Part shown: positions 52,231-64,000 of the stretch, piece by piece
Layout of the letters: each line of letters opens with the position of its first letter
Position numbering within the stretch: the first letter of the stretch is position 1
NCBI GenBank assembly: GCA_951406725.2
Contig: OX597821.1
Location: 101,866,001-101,930,000, forward strand
From: Octopus vulgaris
Lineage: Eukaryota
Reading direction: 5' to 3'
DNA: 64,000 nucleotides
Position numbers and translations under genes: made by a program
Notes under the pieces: generated by a model
Told to the model about the DNA's origin: nothing
What the model saw: only the letters and a program-made list of their open reading frames with translations
Databases searched by the model: none

Positions 52231-52436
52231 CATCTTTCTTTCCTTCCCTGAGCGTTTGCTAATACTTTACATGTACCATGTCCTCCCGTTGTTTTTTTTG
52301 GATTTACTATATATGTGTGTGTGTCTCCCTTGTTAACTCATTAAGGTAGTGCTTCTGTCGCTATTGAGTTGTTTTGACTCTTATTTCTAGCAATACTGGT
52401 GCTGATTAGTGCCCTTTGTTCATTTTATTGACATAG

Positions 52437-52826
52437 GCACAGGACTGGCTGTGTGGTAAGTAGCTTGCTTACCAACCACATCGTTCTGGGTTCAGTCCCA
52501 CTGCGTGGCACTTTGTGTAAGTGTCTTCTACTATAGGCTCGGGCTGACCAAAGCCTTGCGAGTGGATTTGGTAGACAGAAACTGAAAGAAGCCTGTCATA
52601 TATATGTATGTGTATGTATATGTTTGTGCGTCTGTGTTTGTCCCCCCAACATCACTTGACAACTGATGCTGGTGTGTTTATGTCCCTGTAACTTAGCGGT
52701 TTGGCAAAAGAGATCGATAGAATAAGTACTAGGCTTACAAAGAATAAGTCCTGGGGTCGATTTGCTTGACTAAAGGCGCTGCTCCAGCATGGCCACAGTC
52801 AAATGACTGAAATAAGTAAAAGAGTA
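52437..52826 (+). mobile_element. SINE family A, full length
   Basis: Complete copy; left arm of the inverted duplication. Confidence 0.9.
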
Positions 52827-53414
52827 TATATATATACATATAGGGAAGAATTAGTTTTAAGATATCGTTTGCTGGTGTATTAGAATACAACACATATTCC
52901 ATCTAACAAATTACACTATAAAGGCATCGATCAAACTAAAGAATAAGTCCTGGGGTCGATTTGCTCGACTAAAAGCAGTGCTCCAGTCAAATGACTGAAA
53001 CAAGTAAAAGAGTATATATACATGTATGTGTGTCCCCCTTGTCAGCTCACTACTCTGCACTTTAAAACTAATTAATCACTAATGTGAAATATTTCTTGAT
53101 GAGTGGAAGATTGTGTTTATTTTACTATTAACAATGAGGCCATCAATCTCTGTCTTCCACACCACCATTACTGCTCCTAGCTCTTTCTGGATTGCCACAT
53201 TCTTCATAGAAATGTTCATTTTCATCACCATCTATTACCGTACCTATTCAAAATTTTTTTCAGTTGATAACCTATCTATTATTTCTACTCTTACAGCTGT
53301 CTATGGTGATTTCACTCTCTGACTAAGCTTTGCTATAGTAAATCCCTTCAGTTCAACTTATTTAGCCTTTTGATATCAACCCACCTGAAAGCATCCCTAA
53401 TTCTATGATATAAA

Positions 53415-53831
53415 CTGGCCTCCGTGGCTGATGACACGTAAAAAACTGGCCTCCAACTGGCCCCTGTGCCGGTGGCACGTAAAAAGCACCATCCGTTCGT
53501 GGCTGTTGCCAGCCTCGCCTGGCCCCCGTAAAAAGCACCATCCGATCGTGTCCGTTGCCAACCTCGCCTGGCCCCCGTGCCAGTGACACGTAAAAAGCAC
53601 CATCCGTCCATGGCCGTTTGCCAGCTCCGTCTGGCACCTGTGCGGGTGGCACGTAAAAAGCACCCACTACACTCACGGAGTGGTTGGCGTTAGGAAGGGC
53701 ATTCAGCCGTAGAAACACTGCCAGATCAGACTGGGCCTGATGCAGCCTTCTGGCTTCACAGACCCCAGTTGAACCGTCCAACCCATGCTAGCATGGAAAG
53801 CGGACGCTAAACGATGATGATGATGATGATG
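53415..53831 (+). mobile_element. Young RTE 3' tail inserted in a piggyBac-type MITE (~53365-54005)
   Basis: CpG-intact tandem units and (gat)n tail; MITE sequence resumes after the tail. Confidence 0.85.
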
Positions 53832-54419
53832 TAACCTCCTGTTTGAAAGTGTTCTACATTGAAGCCTTTCATCAAAATTCCACGTTAATTTATGTTCCAG
53901 ACACCATCTTAATAATGACAGTTATTTTACAAAATTCTTCATTATTTTTCAAATTAGTAAAAACAAAGGCTGTGGGTTTCAGCAAAGATATAACAAAACG
54001 ATTGAATTCCCAGTCATCCACTTATCTTCTATAAAATATCTGAATGGCTTTTTAACCAAAATAACCAGTGTAAATTTTTTTTGCCATTATGCCAGTTTCC
54101 AATTTTTTTCTAAAAACCTCAACTCTATGACTTCAAGCAAGGGTGAGATATTTCTTGTGATGGAGCTAAATTCAATACCACTACAACTTGATAATATATA
54201 CACAGCAAGAATTTAGTTGCTAGAAAATGAGATAATTTTGGCATAGCTATAGCAGCATGAAGTTTACTTTACTGCCATATAGTTACAGATTCAATTCTAC
54301 AGCTTTAGATTGATCGATGCCTTTATAGTGTAATTTGTTAGATGGAATATGTGTAGTATTCTAATACACCAGCAAACGATATCTTAAAACTAGTTCTTCC
54401 CTATATATTATATATATAT

Positions 54420-54750
54420 ACTCTTTTACTTGTTTCAGTCACCTGTGGCCATGCTGGAGCAGCGCCTTTAGTCAAGCAAATTGACCCCAGGACTTATTCT
54501 TTGTAAGCCTAGTACTTATTCTATCAATCTCTTTTGCCGAACCGCTAAGTTACAGGGACGTAAACACACCAGCATCAGTTGTTAAGCGATGTTGGGGGGA
54601 TAAACACAGACACACAAACATATACACACACATACATATATATGGTGGGCTTCTTTCAGTTTCTGTCTACTAAATCCACTCGCAAGGCTTTGATCAGCCC
54701 AAGGCTATAGTAGAAGACACTTGCCCAAGGTGCCATGCAGTGGGACTGAA
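54420..54750 (-). mobile_element. SINE family A, 5'-truncated; right arm of the inverted duplication
   Basis: Shares the variants gccttgcgag and ggcgctgctcc with the 52437 copy. Confidence 0.88.
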
Positions 54751-54974
54751 CAATCCATTACCTGGAACCAAGACCTTCAGCAAAGTTATATTTTTGTTTT
54801 CTTAATACCATAATTTATTGAAGGGCAAAAATTCTTATATGAAATTAATACAGTTAGCAACAAGAATCAAACTGAACAAAAAATAATTTTCTTTCTCAAA
54901 AAAAATCAAATAACATTCAAGACTATTAGTGGCCTTGTTATTTTACTAACACTCATGACTTAACACCTTTCCAT

Positions 54975-55500
54975 CTGAGAAGCTTATGCTACATCCTGGC
55001 AACACAGAGGTCTTGAATCATGCAGACCTTCCCAGCATGTTCATCCTTCTTTGACAATGCAGACTGCACTGGCTAGGACACATCCACTACACGAAGGATG
55101 GCCACATCCCAAAGGACAGTCTCTATGGGGAGCTGGTATCTGGAAGAAAAGCCACTGGTTGATCTTAGCTGCAATACAGGGATGTTATAAAGAGAGATTT
55201 GAAGGGCCTTGTCATCCATGCAGACTCTTGGGAGAGCTAAGCAGCTGACTAGCCAACATGGAGGAGCACCTTGAATGAATACCTCAAGTCAGAGGAAAAG
55301 CAGCAGACAAGCAAGTCCAGCAAAAAGAGTGCAGTAATTCTGACAGACATTAGACCATATACAAATGTGCTCCATGCGACAGAGACTGTCACTTGTGTAG
55401 AGGTCTGTTTAGCCACCAGAGATGCTGCTCCAGCTGAGCTGAAAACAGCAAGGATACTGCCCATGGTCAGCTTGACCAAAGGAGGCCCTAGATAGAACAC
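54975..55500 (+). mobile_element. RTE (BovB-like) LINE 3' fragment
   Basis: RLHWLGHI...DGHIPKDSLYGELVSG...LQYRDV, and a C-terminal YKCAPCDRDC...GLFSH zinc finger. Confidence 0.8.
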
Positions 55501-55849
55501 CTACGACTATGTTATGAATTTAGTAAATTAACTGTCCTTATTGAGCCAGTGTTTGAAACATTAACATGAAATTTTGAAGGAAAGTTTTTTTAATTTAGAT
55601 CACTTGAAAACAGGAAGTTTGTATCAGAAAGGTTTTAAAAAATGTACCTCATAATGGAAATGAAAAGATATTTTTCAAAAATGAAGAAACCACAAACAAT
55701 TTCAGTAAATTATTTTTATTTCATGGAAAATGTTTTAAAGAAAGAAAAGAAAGAAAAGCAGATATATTTATATATAATAAAATTTTATTTTGATAATTAT
55801 ACACACACTATGGAACCACTACAGCAGAACTCTAATAAAGTATCCAGAT

Positions 55850-56031
55850 CAGTGGCTCCCAGGGCTGCATGCAACTCTAAAGCATCCTTCTGGCAGCCCT
55901 CAATGGTCTCTATAAATATAAATTTTTCTTTGACTTGTTTTATTATTATTATTTATTTTTTTGGTGTGGTCCCCTTAAAAAAATCCAAGTTTTGGATCTG
56001 GCCCAGATATTAAAAAGGTTGAGAACCACTG
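55850..56031. mobile_element. hAT MITE
   Basis: CAGTGGCTCCCA / TGAGAACCACTG TIRs; 8-bp TSD atccagat / atctagat. Confidence 0.85.
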
Positions 56032-57680
56032 ATCTAGATATCTGCAGCTGCAAAAAGAGAGAATTCATTTGGCAGACAACTGATGCCAAGTTACCAATAT
56101 CTGTACAATTTGGATGAGTTCTAGTGTAAATTCACATGTGCACAAAGGAACAAATAATGAAACGACCGGACACATTTAGAAATCAGCTTCATTAACTTAC
56201 AGACATACATAAGGATTCACATTCACGTCTCCAATAGCTTGTAATTTTTTTTTCTCTCATCCTCCACAAATTTCAGGTAAAAGACTCATTATAATGACTG
56301 TTTGTAAGAAAAGACTAAAGAAATAAGAAACCACACTATTAGACTAAATTACTATTTCTTAATAAAAATCCATCTGCTATTTAAAGTATCATACAAGATG
56401 CATTTCCCCACAAAAAAAAGAAAGAAAGAAAGAAAAAGAAAAAAAACCCACCCTGGGTTCTATATGAAAAGTTAGTATTGCAATGCACTAAAGTTTTTTT
56501 TTCCTGACTATGCACTGCAAGAATTGGGATGTGTCTGTTTAATATGCCTGTATGTTTTTTATGCATTAAATATGATAAACTAAAAGCACCAAAAGTTCAA
56601 AAACAATGAAAACTGAAATATATTGAACTAATTATCTTGACTATCAGGAAAGCATGTTTTCTCAGTAAGTATCTTTTGGGTATTGCAGTTCCATCAAAAT
56701 ATTAAGTGACTCCCTATTGAGTATAAGTCCTTGTTAGAGAGACAACTGTGAATGAGCTAAATATTAACAAAAAATGAAATGCAGAAGATATAGAAGAGTG
56801 GAAGTTGTTAAAATAGGGTAAAAATTAAAATATAGGAAGAACAGCAATAATTTACATCATTAAGAGAATATTAAGAATGAAATTATCCAAGCAAAACAAC
56901 AACAGGATAAAAAGTCTAAAAGTTAACCCCAGCTCCATAAGATGGCAAAAAAAATCTTTAAAAACAATATAGAATATAAATTCTAACAAAAGAATGTGCT
57001 GTAGTCAATATTAAAGAGAAAGATCTGAAAAGATAGACTGGTTGTGAGATAACAATAGATTTTGGGATTAAAAAGGAAATTGGTGAAAAATAAAAGCCAT
57101 TAACATCTTTTTTATGTCTGTAGAAAAATAGCTTTTAAGTTATTAGTGTTAAGAATGCAGTTGCCAAGTTATGGTTGAGGACAGTTAGTGATTGGTTTTA
57201 TAAAATAATATTTACATATGAGAAGGATAGCAAACGGTTACAAACCAGCCAGAACAGAATTTAGTGGGAAAAAAAGCATAAAGCTCAAGAGAAAGACAGA
57301 AAAACCCCTTCTACAGTTCATTATTAGACAAGTATTTAAAGAAATTCATTATCAATGCTCTCTTTTTCTGCTTATTATTATTATTATTATTTAATCTTAG
57401 ATTTTATCACTAAATCCAAATTTTAAAAATCCAGTTGAGTTGAATAATGAAGATTATTAATCAATTAAAAATTGGAAGAAAAAAAACCAAAACTGGAATG
57501 TAAGATGGAAGACAGTAAACTTAGTAGTTTGGTTTGAAAAGTGTGTGGTGTCAAGCTACATGAGACAAAGAGTGTTTATTTATGAAAGTGAGAATATTCC
57601 ATGACCAAAGAACACACAAAAGTGAACTATAAGGAAAATAATGGCAGTGAAAGCAACAGTTAGTTAATAAAATGATAATT

Positions 57681-57830
57681 TCAAGATCGGCCAGCACCAT
57701 AACCAGGGTATAATTGAGACAGTATTTTTGACAATGTCTTGTTGATGTTCATGCTGTAGCCTTTGCCCAGCTCAGCTCGACACGAGGGGCATGTATAAAT
57801 TTCAGCTTTGAATGATCGTTGCAAACAGGA
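57681..57830 (-). CDS. UHRF1: UHRF1 last coding exon, RING C-terminal half and stop
   Basis: ttttcag|; SCLQRSFKAEIYTCPSCRAELGKGYSMNINKTLSKILSQLYPGYGAGRS* (TGA at 57683-57681); completes C3HC4 and carries the UHRF-typical ...PGYG.GR C-terminus. Confidence 0.97.
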   Translation of the reverse strand, partial: SCLQRSFKAEIYTCPSCRAELGKGYSMNINKTLSKILSQLYPGYGAGRS

Positions 57831-58023
57831 CTGAAAAGAAAAATAAAGTATACTAATTACAGCATAGCTAAATGCATCAATAAATCAAAATTAGAATATC
57901 AAATTTATTGAAAGGGGTTAGCACTAACAGGCAACACCTGTTCCCATGAAATGACAAAAGCAAAATCGACCCAGAAAGGGAGTCTAATGATTAATCCTCC
58001 TAAGAAGATACTGGTTCAGTTAC

Positions 58024-58067
58024 ATGAGCCCCTAATAGAAGCCCAATGAGCCCCTAATAGAAGCCCA
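58024..58067. repeat. 22-bp perfect tandem duplication in the last UHRF1 intron
   Basis: atgagcccctaatagaagccca x2. Confidence 0.95.
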
Positions 58068-58294
58068 CATGGAGCCAAATCAAACTGTTTTAAATAATAC
58101 ATGTAACTCCTCCTAAAAGTGTTTAGTGCCCTTTCCTTCGTTTGTCCACTCATTCATATGTATGTACATCGTCATCATTTAACGTCCATCTTCCATGTAT
58201 GCAAAGGAAGGACAGTTGACAAGAGCTGGCTAGATAGAAGACTATCTGAGGCTACTGTGTCTGAAAGGTTAATGTGACAGGGAGGCAGAAACAG

Positions 58295-58359
<65 letters not shown>

Positions 58360-58750
58360 GTCTGTTCAAGTTTGATTTTTTTTTTTTTTATTTCATTTCA
58401 GATTTTTCAGATTTTCATTGACTTTTTACAGTTAGTTTGGAAAGTTCCTAAATCCATATTTGATGTTTCCAAACCTCCATAGTTTCGTTTTCAAGACTTG
58501 AATATATGTGGTGTCTGTCGTTTCTTATATACTGAAATATAATTATAATAAGCCTTCAAAATGATGCAGATCTGTCTAGTTTGAATTAAAGAAAAGATGT
58601 AAATGATGAGAGAATGTTTAATTAGCAACCCAATATTTGTTTCAATCATTATAACACTACTTACTTGATTACGATATACTTAACAGGATCAACAGAATGC
58701 ACATCGATGGTGAAACAAGCTTAAGATTAAGTAAACATTTAATAACTTAC

Positions 58751-58849
58751 TTTGCAAACATTGTGGCAGCAATCAGTGGTGATGGGGTTGAAAACCAATT
58801 CCTGACAGCAGACACAAATGAACAATTCTTCCACTTTAGAAAAGAATAC
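58751..58849 (-). CDS. UHRF1: UHRF1 exon, N-terminal half of RING finger
   Basis: aaag| ... |gtaagt; 99 bp, phase 0-0; [33 protein letters not shown]; too short for the ORF track, translated by hand. Confidence 0.96.
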
Positions 58850-59109
58850 CTTTTAAACAAAAGAAAACATTTGCTATAATAATAATGTCACAACACTGAA
58901 ACAGTCATCAATTTTATGATTTTTTTTTTTAGAAATAAGTTTAAAGACATGGGAAGAATATTTCATTAGAAGTATTATCTTGAAATGGTTAAGAGTTGAT
59001 TGTATTTTAAAATGTTAATAAAGATAGAATGTATACACAAAAGTATATTGTCAAAGTATTTCTTTTTACAGATTCCTACCCCTAAATAGTATCATGAAAA
59101 CTATTTTAA

Positions 59110-59773
59110 CATACATCTTCTCAAGCTATCAAGAAGACTCAGAGTGAAAGGTCGATTGTACGATGCGTGTGTGCGAACTGCCATGCTTCACGGTAGTGAA
59201 AGATGGGCTGTGACTGCAGAGGACAAGCATAGGCTTGAAAGAAATGAAGCTAGCATGATCCGCTGGATGTGTAATGTCAGTGTCCACACACGATAGTGTA
59301 AGTGCCCTGAGAGAAATGTTGGGCATAAGCATCGGATGTGGCAATGACAAAAGACCAAAACCTCTGGAGATATGCTGTGACTGTGAAGACCCAACAAATA
59401 AAGTGAGTTCACGGCTGTATCCTACACCAGTTTCGCATAACCAGCCCATTCAAAAGTACCTTGGATTGCAGAGCGACCTGCTGTGCTTGAGGAGACCTAT
59501 TGAATCAAGTACATCAACATCAGGATGAAAATTAAATGGAAATTGTAGTTGTGATACCTATGCCAGCGGCACGTAAAAAGCACCAACAGATCGTGGCCGT
59601 TGCCAGCCTCCTTTGGCCCATGTACTGGTGGCATGTAAAAAGTACCCACTACACTCACGGAGTAGTTGGTGTTAGGAAGGGCAGCCGACTGTAGAAACAC
59701 TGGCTTCCCAGACCCCGGCTGAACTGTCCAACCCATGCTAGCATGGAAAACTGACGTTAAACGATGATGATGA
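59110..59773 (+). mobile_element. RTE 3' fragment in a UHRF1 intron (antisense)
   Basis: YDACVRTAMLHGSE motif, 3' UTR and (gat)n tail. Confidence 0.88.
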
Positions 59774-60245
59774 TTTTGGTAAGTCTTATTCAATTAAAAG
59801 TAACTAAAGCTGTCAGCCAATGCTTTGAATTTTTAAATCTGTTCTGCCAGAACTTTATTTAGTACTACAGCCATCATCACACCTCAATAAATCGTCATCT
59901 AATATCACAACAAAGTCACAATGGATTTGATGACTTATGTTTTATGGTTGTCAAATACTAATTGTCATAAACTATTGCCCAACATCAGCACCTTAAGGAT
60001 GAAAGGTCGATGTAATCAACACCCCTGCCCCACCCAAAATTTTGTAACCATTACTTCCATGAGGTTCATTATTTTCAAATTCTACCACACCTACCTCATC
60101 CTCTAAATCAGATGACCCCACAATCAATGAACAACAATTTAACCCAGGATCTTTTGACATTGCAGCCACTGTAGCTACACACACTGGCAATTTTTGCATA
60201 AATTATTTAAAATATAATGAAAAAAATTTTTAAACGTGAACTAAC

Positions 60246-60382
60246 TGTGGCTCCTTCTTTAGTTGACTGCATTACTTCCTTCCATAATTTAGAGTTAGCA
60301 CTGTCCTCCTTGCATAACTTCGATACTGCAGGGTCCACTTTATAAGCTGCAACTTTTTGCTTTTTTTTGCTTGAAGCTTCAG
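60246..60382 (-). CDS. UHRF1: UHRF1 exon, linker before RING
   Basis: tttcttag| ... |gttagt; 137 bp, phase 1-0; (T)EASSKKKQKVAAYKVDPAVSKLCKEDSANSKLWKEVMQSTKEGAT resembles the UHRF1 KTKVEPY...IREDKSNAKLWNEVL segment. Confidence 0.92.
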
Positions 60383-60494
60383 CTAAGAAAGAAAAATTGA
60401 TAAAATTAATTGCAAAAGTAAAAGTAGACAAAACAAATGAGAAAAAAAAAAAACTCTCTCTCTCTTCAGTACAGTTAAACTAGATTATCATTAA

Positions 60495-60709
60495 CCCTTT
60501 CATTACCAACCTGGCTGAAACCAGCTCTAGTTCTGTAGTATAAATGTTTTGTTTTAATAAGTTTTGATTTAAAACCTTCCACCAAACCTTAATGACAATT
60601 TGTGTTTCTAACACAAGCTTAATGATAAGTTATTTTACTAAATTCTTTGTTATATTTAAAATAATTGAAAGAAACAGAGCATCTCAAAATAAATACAGTA
60701 ACAAAAGAG
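60495..60709. mobile_element. piggyBac-type MITE in a UHRF1 intron
   Basis: TTAA on both sides; same family as 15291-15508. Confidence 0.88.
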
Positions 60710-60919
60710 TTAAATCAAAAATGAACAATACAAGACTTTTCCAAATTTGTTATTTCTGCTTGTAAAATGTGATTTTTTAATGTAAACCACAATCTATTTT
60801 GAGATTATATAAAAGAGACTCACATTTTAGAATCATCATTGGTAAATAGTAAACACTATCTAGAAATTTGCACATTCCAAGAGAAAAGTTTTTTGTTACA
60901 CCAGTCAATATATTACTGT

Positions 60920-61400
60920 TGTTTGCCATATTCTGAACGCCTTACTTCCCTGGGCATGGATACATTGAAACTCCGATGTCTGGCAGCTGACTTGGCAGAC
61001 ACCCATAAAATTATTAACCATCTTACTAACAATAACTCTGAGCACCTTTTCAAACTCCACCTGTCTAACACCCGTGGACATGTTTACAAAGTCAGAAAAC
61101 AACACAGCTCCCATGACTTTTGGAAACATTTTTTCACACTAAGAGTTGCTGAATCATGGAACAAACTGCCGGCATCAGTTGTTAGTTGTCGGAGCACTGC
61201 ATCCTTCAAAACTTCCATGCTTCCTGAGATTTGCCAACTATACACCTGATTTTCCCCCCTCCATACACACGCAAGCATGTATCTGAGTCATACACAGTTC
61301 CCTTTCCAGACATTTGTACATTACTGCATATGCTTTATACGCACTTTTGACAAGTTGTGGTGCACCTGAGCACTGTATACAATAATTTCATTATTATTAT
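60920..61400 (+). mobile_element. CR1-group LINE 3' end in a UHRF1 intron (antisense)
   Basis: YSERLTSLG..TL..R...DL...KII...TRGH..K...FFT.RV..WNKLP..VV...S..SFK motif; (att)n tail. Confidence 0.88.
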
Positions 61401-63011
61401 AATTTGCTTGTCACTATGTCCGAAATACATCTTCCTTTAATGTCTGTTTTCCATGCTTACAAACAGGAGAGCTGCACCAGATCTCATCTGATTTGGCCTG
61501 GTTTCTACAGTTGGATGCCCTTTCCAACGTCAACCATCAATATACTAAAATCTTATATTGCTATTAACTTCATCTTTGAGTTATATATTAACAATATACT
61601 CTACATTGCTTTTTGATAAGTTTAGTCACTCACATGGCATTGGTCATTTTGAGGTTATAGTAGAAAACATTTGCCCATGGTGCAATTTAGTTATGAAAAG
61701 AATTTCTTAACCACATATCCATGTTTGTAGTTAGTTAGGAAAATTATAATCCTAAATATTTAAATTATATAAATTTCTAAGTTCAGCACAAGAATAAAAA
61801 TTTGTTAGCAGAAAGACTAACAGATTATATTGATCTCCAGTAACAATAAAAGCAAATATTTGAATAGAGATTGTAAACAGATGAAGCTTAATACCATCTG
61901 GATGTATGTATATCATCCCAAACTAAGAACCAATATTTAAATGTACTAATGTTCTTATTTGCTAATACTGCACCTGTTATCATCATTATCATTTTTATGG
62001 CCACATTTTGTTTAGGGAAAGACTGTCATGACAGCATTCAACAACCATATGCCTTTACTATTGCCAGTTCTTGTTCCCAAGTAAGGCACTTACTATCCTG
62101 TCTTTTGTGCAAATAGAGTGCACAGTGATATGGCATATTTTTAAAGCAGGCATAAATATCGATGCTGCCTAAATTGTGAAACTGTTTTAAACTTCAGTGC
62201 GAAGACAGAAACACATGTATTCAAGCATATTGATACATACACACACAATGGGATTCTGTATAGTTTGCACAGAGTTTTGGTCAGCCTGGTGGTACGGAAA
62301 ACATTTGCTCATAGTAATAATACAATAAGGGTAAACTTGAAACCCTATGGTTACAAAAAGAGCCTCTTAATCATTGCCTGTGATTAGGCTGAAAAATTAT
62401 ATCTTTGGTATTTTAATTGTATAAATTTGGTCAATCCAGGGCTGTCGTAGAAGACACATGCCTGAAATGCTGCAGGGTTCAGTCCCATTGCATGGTACCT
62501 TGGATAAATATCTTGTACTATAAACCCAAAGCCTTGTGAGTGAATTTCAGAAATAGGATGTGAGAAAGCCCATCAAGTGTGTGTGTGTGTGTTAGTTTTC
62601 CAGATCCCTTGACTTGACACTGTATGAAGGTGTCCATTTCCAATCTCCCCTGTAAAAATGCCAAGCCTTGGAGATATGGCAAGGGTTGGTGACAGGAAGG
62701 GCATCCGGCCAGAGAAAATCTGCTTCAAAAGATTTTGTCTGAGTCATGTGATCATGAAAAAGTGGATGTTGAAACGATGATGATGATGATGAAATTCCTA
62801 ATTTTAGGCACATAACTACAAATTTGTTTGGAGAGAGAGGCTAATAAATTATATATCAATCTCCAGAAGGATAAAAGGCAAAGATAGAGATGAGACTAAA
62901 CACCAGAAGGCATATTGTCCATTACTTCAACAATTCTTCCCATAACTGTTGAATCAGAATACATTCCACAAGATTTAACATAAAAACTATAGATTGAAAA
63001 TAAATTCTTAC

Positions 63012-63093
63012 TTGATTCTCCAGAGGAATTTCGTTTCTTCTTTTTATCCTTCTCTTCTTTATGATTTTGTGCTTCAAGATAACCATCAGGGTA
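63012..63093 (-). CDS. UHRF1: UHRF1 exon, SRA end and start of polybasic linker
   Basis: ttttag| ... |gtaaga; 82 bp, phase 0-1; YPDGYLEAQNHKEEKDKKKKRNSSGES (UHRF1 YPEGYLEA motif); in frame with the upstream exon. Confidence 0.95.
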
Positions 63094-63217
63094 CTAAAAA
63101 AATCAAAGTAGAAGTTTGAGAATAGCAGAAAAAAAATTGAGATTGAGGGTGGTGGGGAGAAAACAGCAGGTAAGTGGAGCAATCCAAGAAAATGCTAAAA
63201 AGTCACATGCTGCTTAC

Positions 63218-63355
63218 CTGCATGGCGAGACCAAGCTCTTTAATACGTTTTTTGCCTGAATTTGTCCATGGTGCAGATTGCGTATCATCTCTCCGTAAAA
63301 AGTAACGCCAAACTAGAAATCCAGACTTTCCTTTAGCTGGCCAATATTTGACAAT
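63218..63355 (-). CDS. UHRF1: UHRF1 internal exon, C-terminal part of SRA/YDG domain (gene continues beyond window end)
   Basis: ttcag| ... |gtaagc; 138 bp, phase 0-0; [46 protein letters not shown] closely matches the vertebrate UHRF1 SRA end ([24 protein letters not shown]...PWT...LGLTMQ). Confidence 0.97.
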
Positions 63356-63525
63356 CTGAAATTTAAAAGAAGAATCTTTAAAATTTGGAGATGAGGGCAA
63401 TGATAGAATTAAGTGAAAAAAGATTTTAATTCAGATAATTATGTGTTTATTTACCATACTATTCAATGAGTTTTAAGTCGAAAAATTCCCATTCCCCCAC
63501 CCCTATTTCTGTTGAAATATACTGC

Positions 63526-63905
63526 CTTTTATCTGTTTCAGTCGTTTGACTGCAGCCATGCTGGAGCACCGCCTTTAGTCAAACAAATCAATTGCAGGAC
63601 TTATTCTTTGTAAGATAGTACTTATTTTATTAGTCTCTTTTGCCGAACCGCAAAGTTACAGGGACATAAACACATCAACATCAGTTGTCAAGCGATGGTA
63701 GGGGGACAAACACATACACACACGCATATATATATATGTATATACACGACAGGCTTCTTTCAGTTTCTGCCTACCAAATCCATTCACAAAGCTTTGGTCG
63801 GCCTGAGGCTAGAGAAGACACTTACCCAAGGCGCCACACAGTGTGACTGAACTCAGAACCATATGGTTGGTAAGCAAGCTACTTGCCACACAGCCACTCC
63901 TGCAC
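63526..63905 (-). mobile_element. SINE family A in a UHRF1 intron
   Basis: Full-length match. Confidence 0.88.
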
Positions 63906-64000
63906 CTTTGTTTCAATTATTATTATTCTTATTATTATTTTGAAAATAATGAATTCAGTAAAATAACTTAAGCTGGTGCCTCAGGTGGAGAACTGACAGA

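Noticed and set aside
62922-63182. 86-aa ORF overlapping a UHRF1 exon
   Set aside because: Wrong frame; the true exon (63093-63012) is defined by splice sites and the YPDGYLEA motif.
268-64000. tRNA-like A/B boxes at SINE heads
   Set aside because: No cloverleaf, and each is followed by a SINE body; not tRNA genes.

Overview
AT-rich, repeat-dominated eukaryotic DNA. The SINE, RTE and microsatellite landscape points to a cephalopod, probably Octopus (an inference, not a database match). The only intact host gene I can support is the 3' end of UHRF1 on the minus strand: five GT-AG exons between 63355 and 57681 that splice in frame and encode the end of the SRA domain, the polybasic linker and a complete C3HC4 RING. 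Everything else is mobile-element material: two tRNA-derived SINE families, RTE and CR1 LINE 3' ends, a CRE-like endonuclease fragment, a degraded Gypsy element, mariner and maT/Tc1 fossils, piggyBac, hAT and MULE MITEs, a Helitron, and a Penelope-like element with inverted pseudo-LTRs. Most short ORFs in the track are repeat or microsatellite artefacts. The most interesting signal is at the RNA level: at least five hammerhead-ribozyme-like motifs. These include a minimal type I hammerhead with a compensatory U3-A8 core (26529-26576) and a candidate NON-circularly permuted hammerhead (30210-30285, minus strand) inside a highly structured non-coding repeat. Also notable: a ~260-bp target-site-like duplication around a SINE, an inverted SINE-plus-flank duplication downstream of UHRF1, and an apparent CpG-retention domain at about 4-12 kb. 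All alignments and folds were done by eye.
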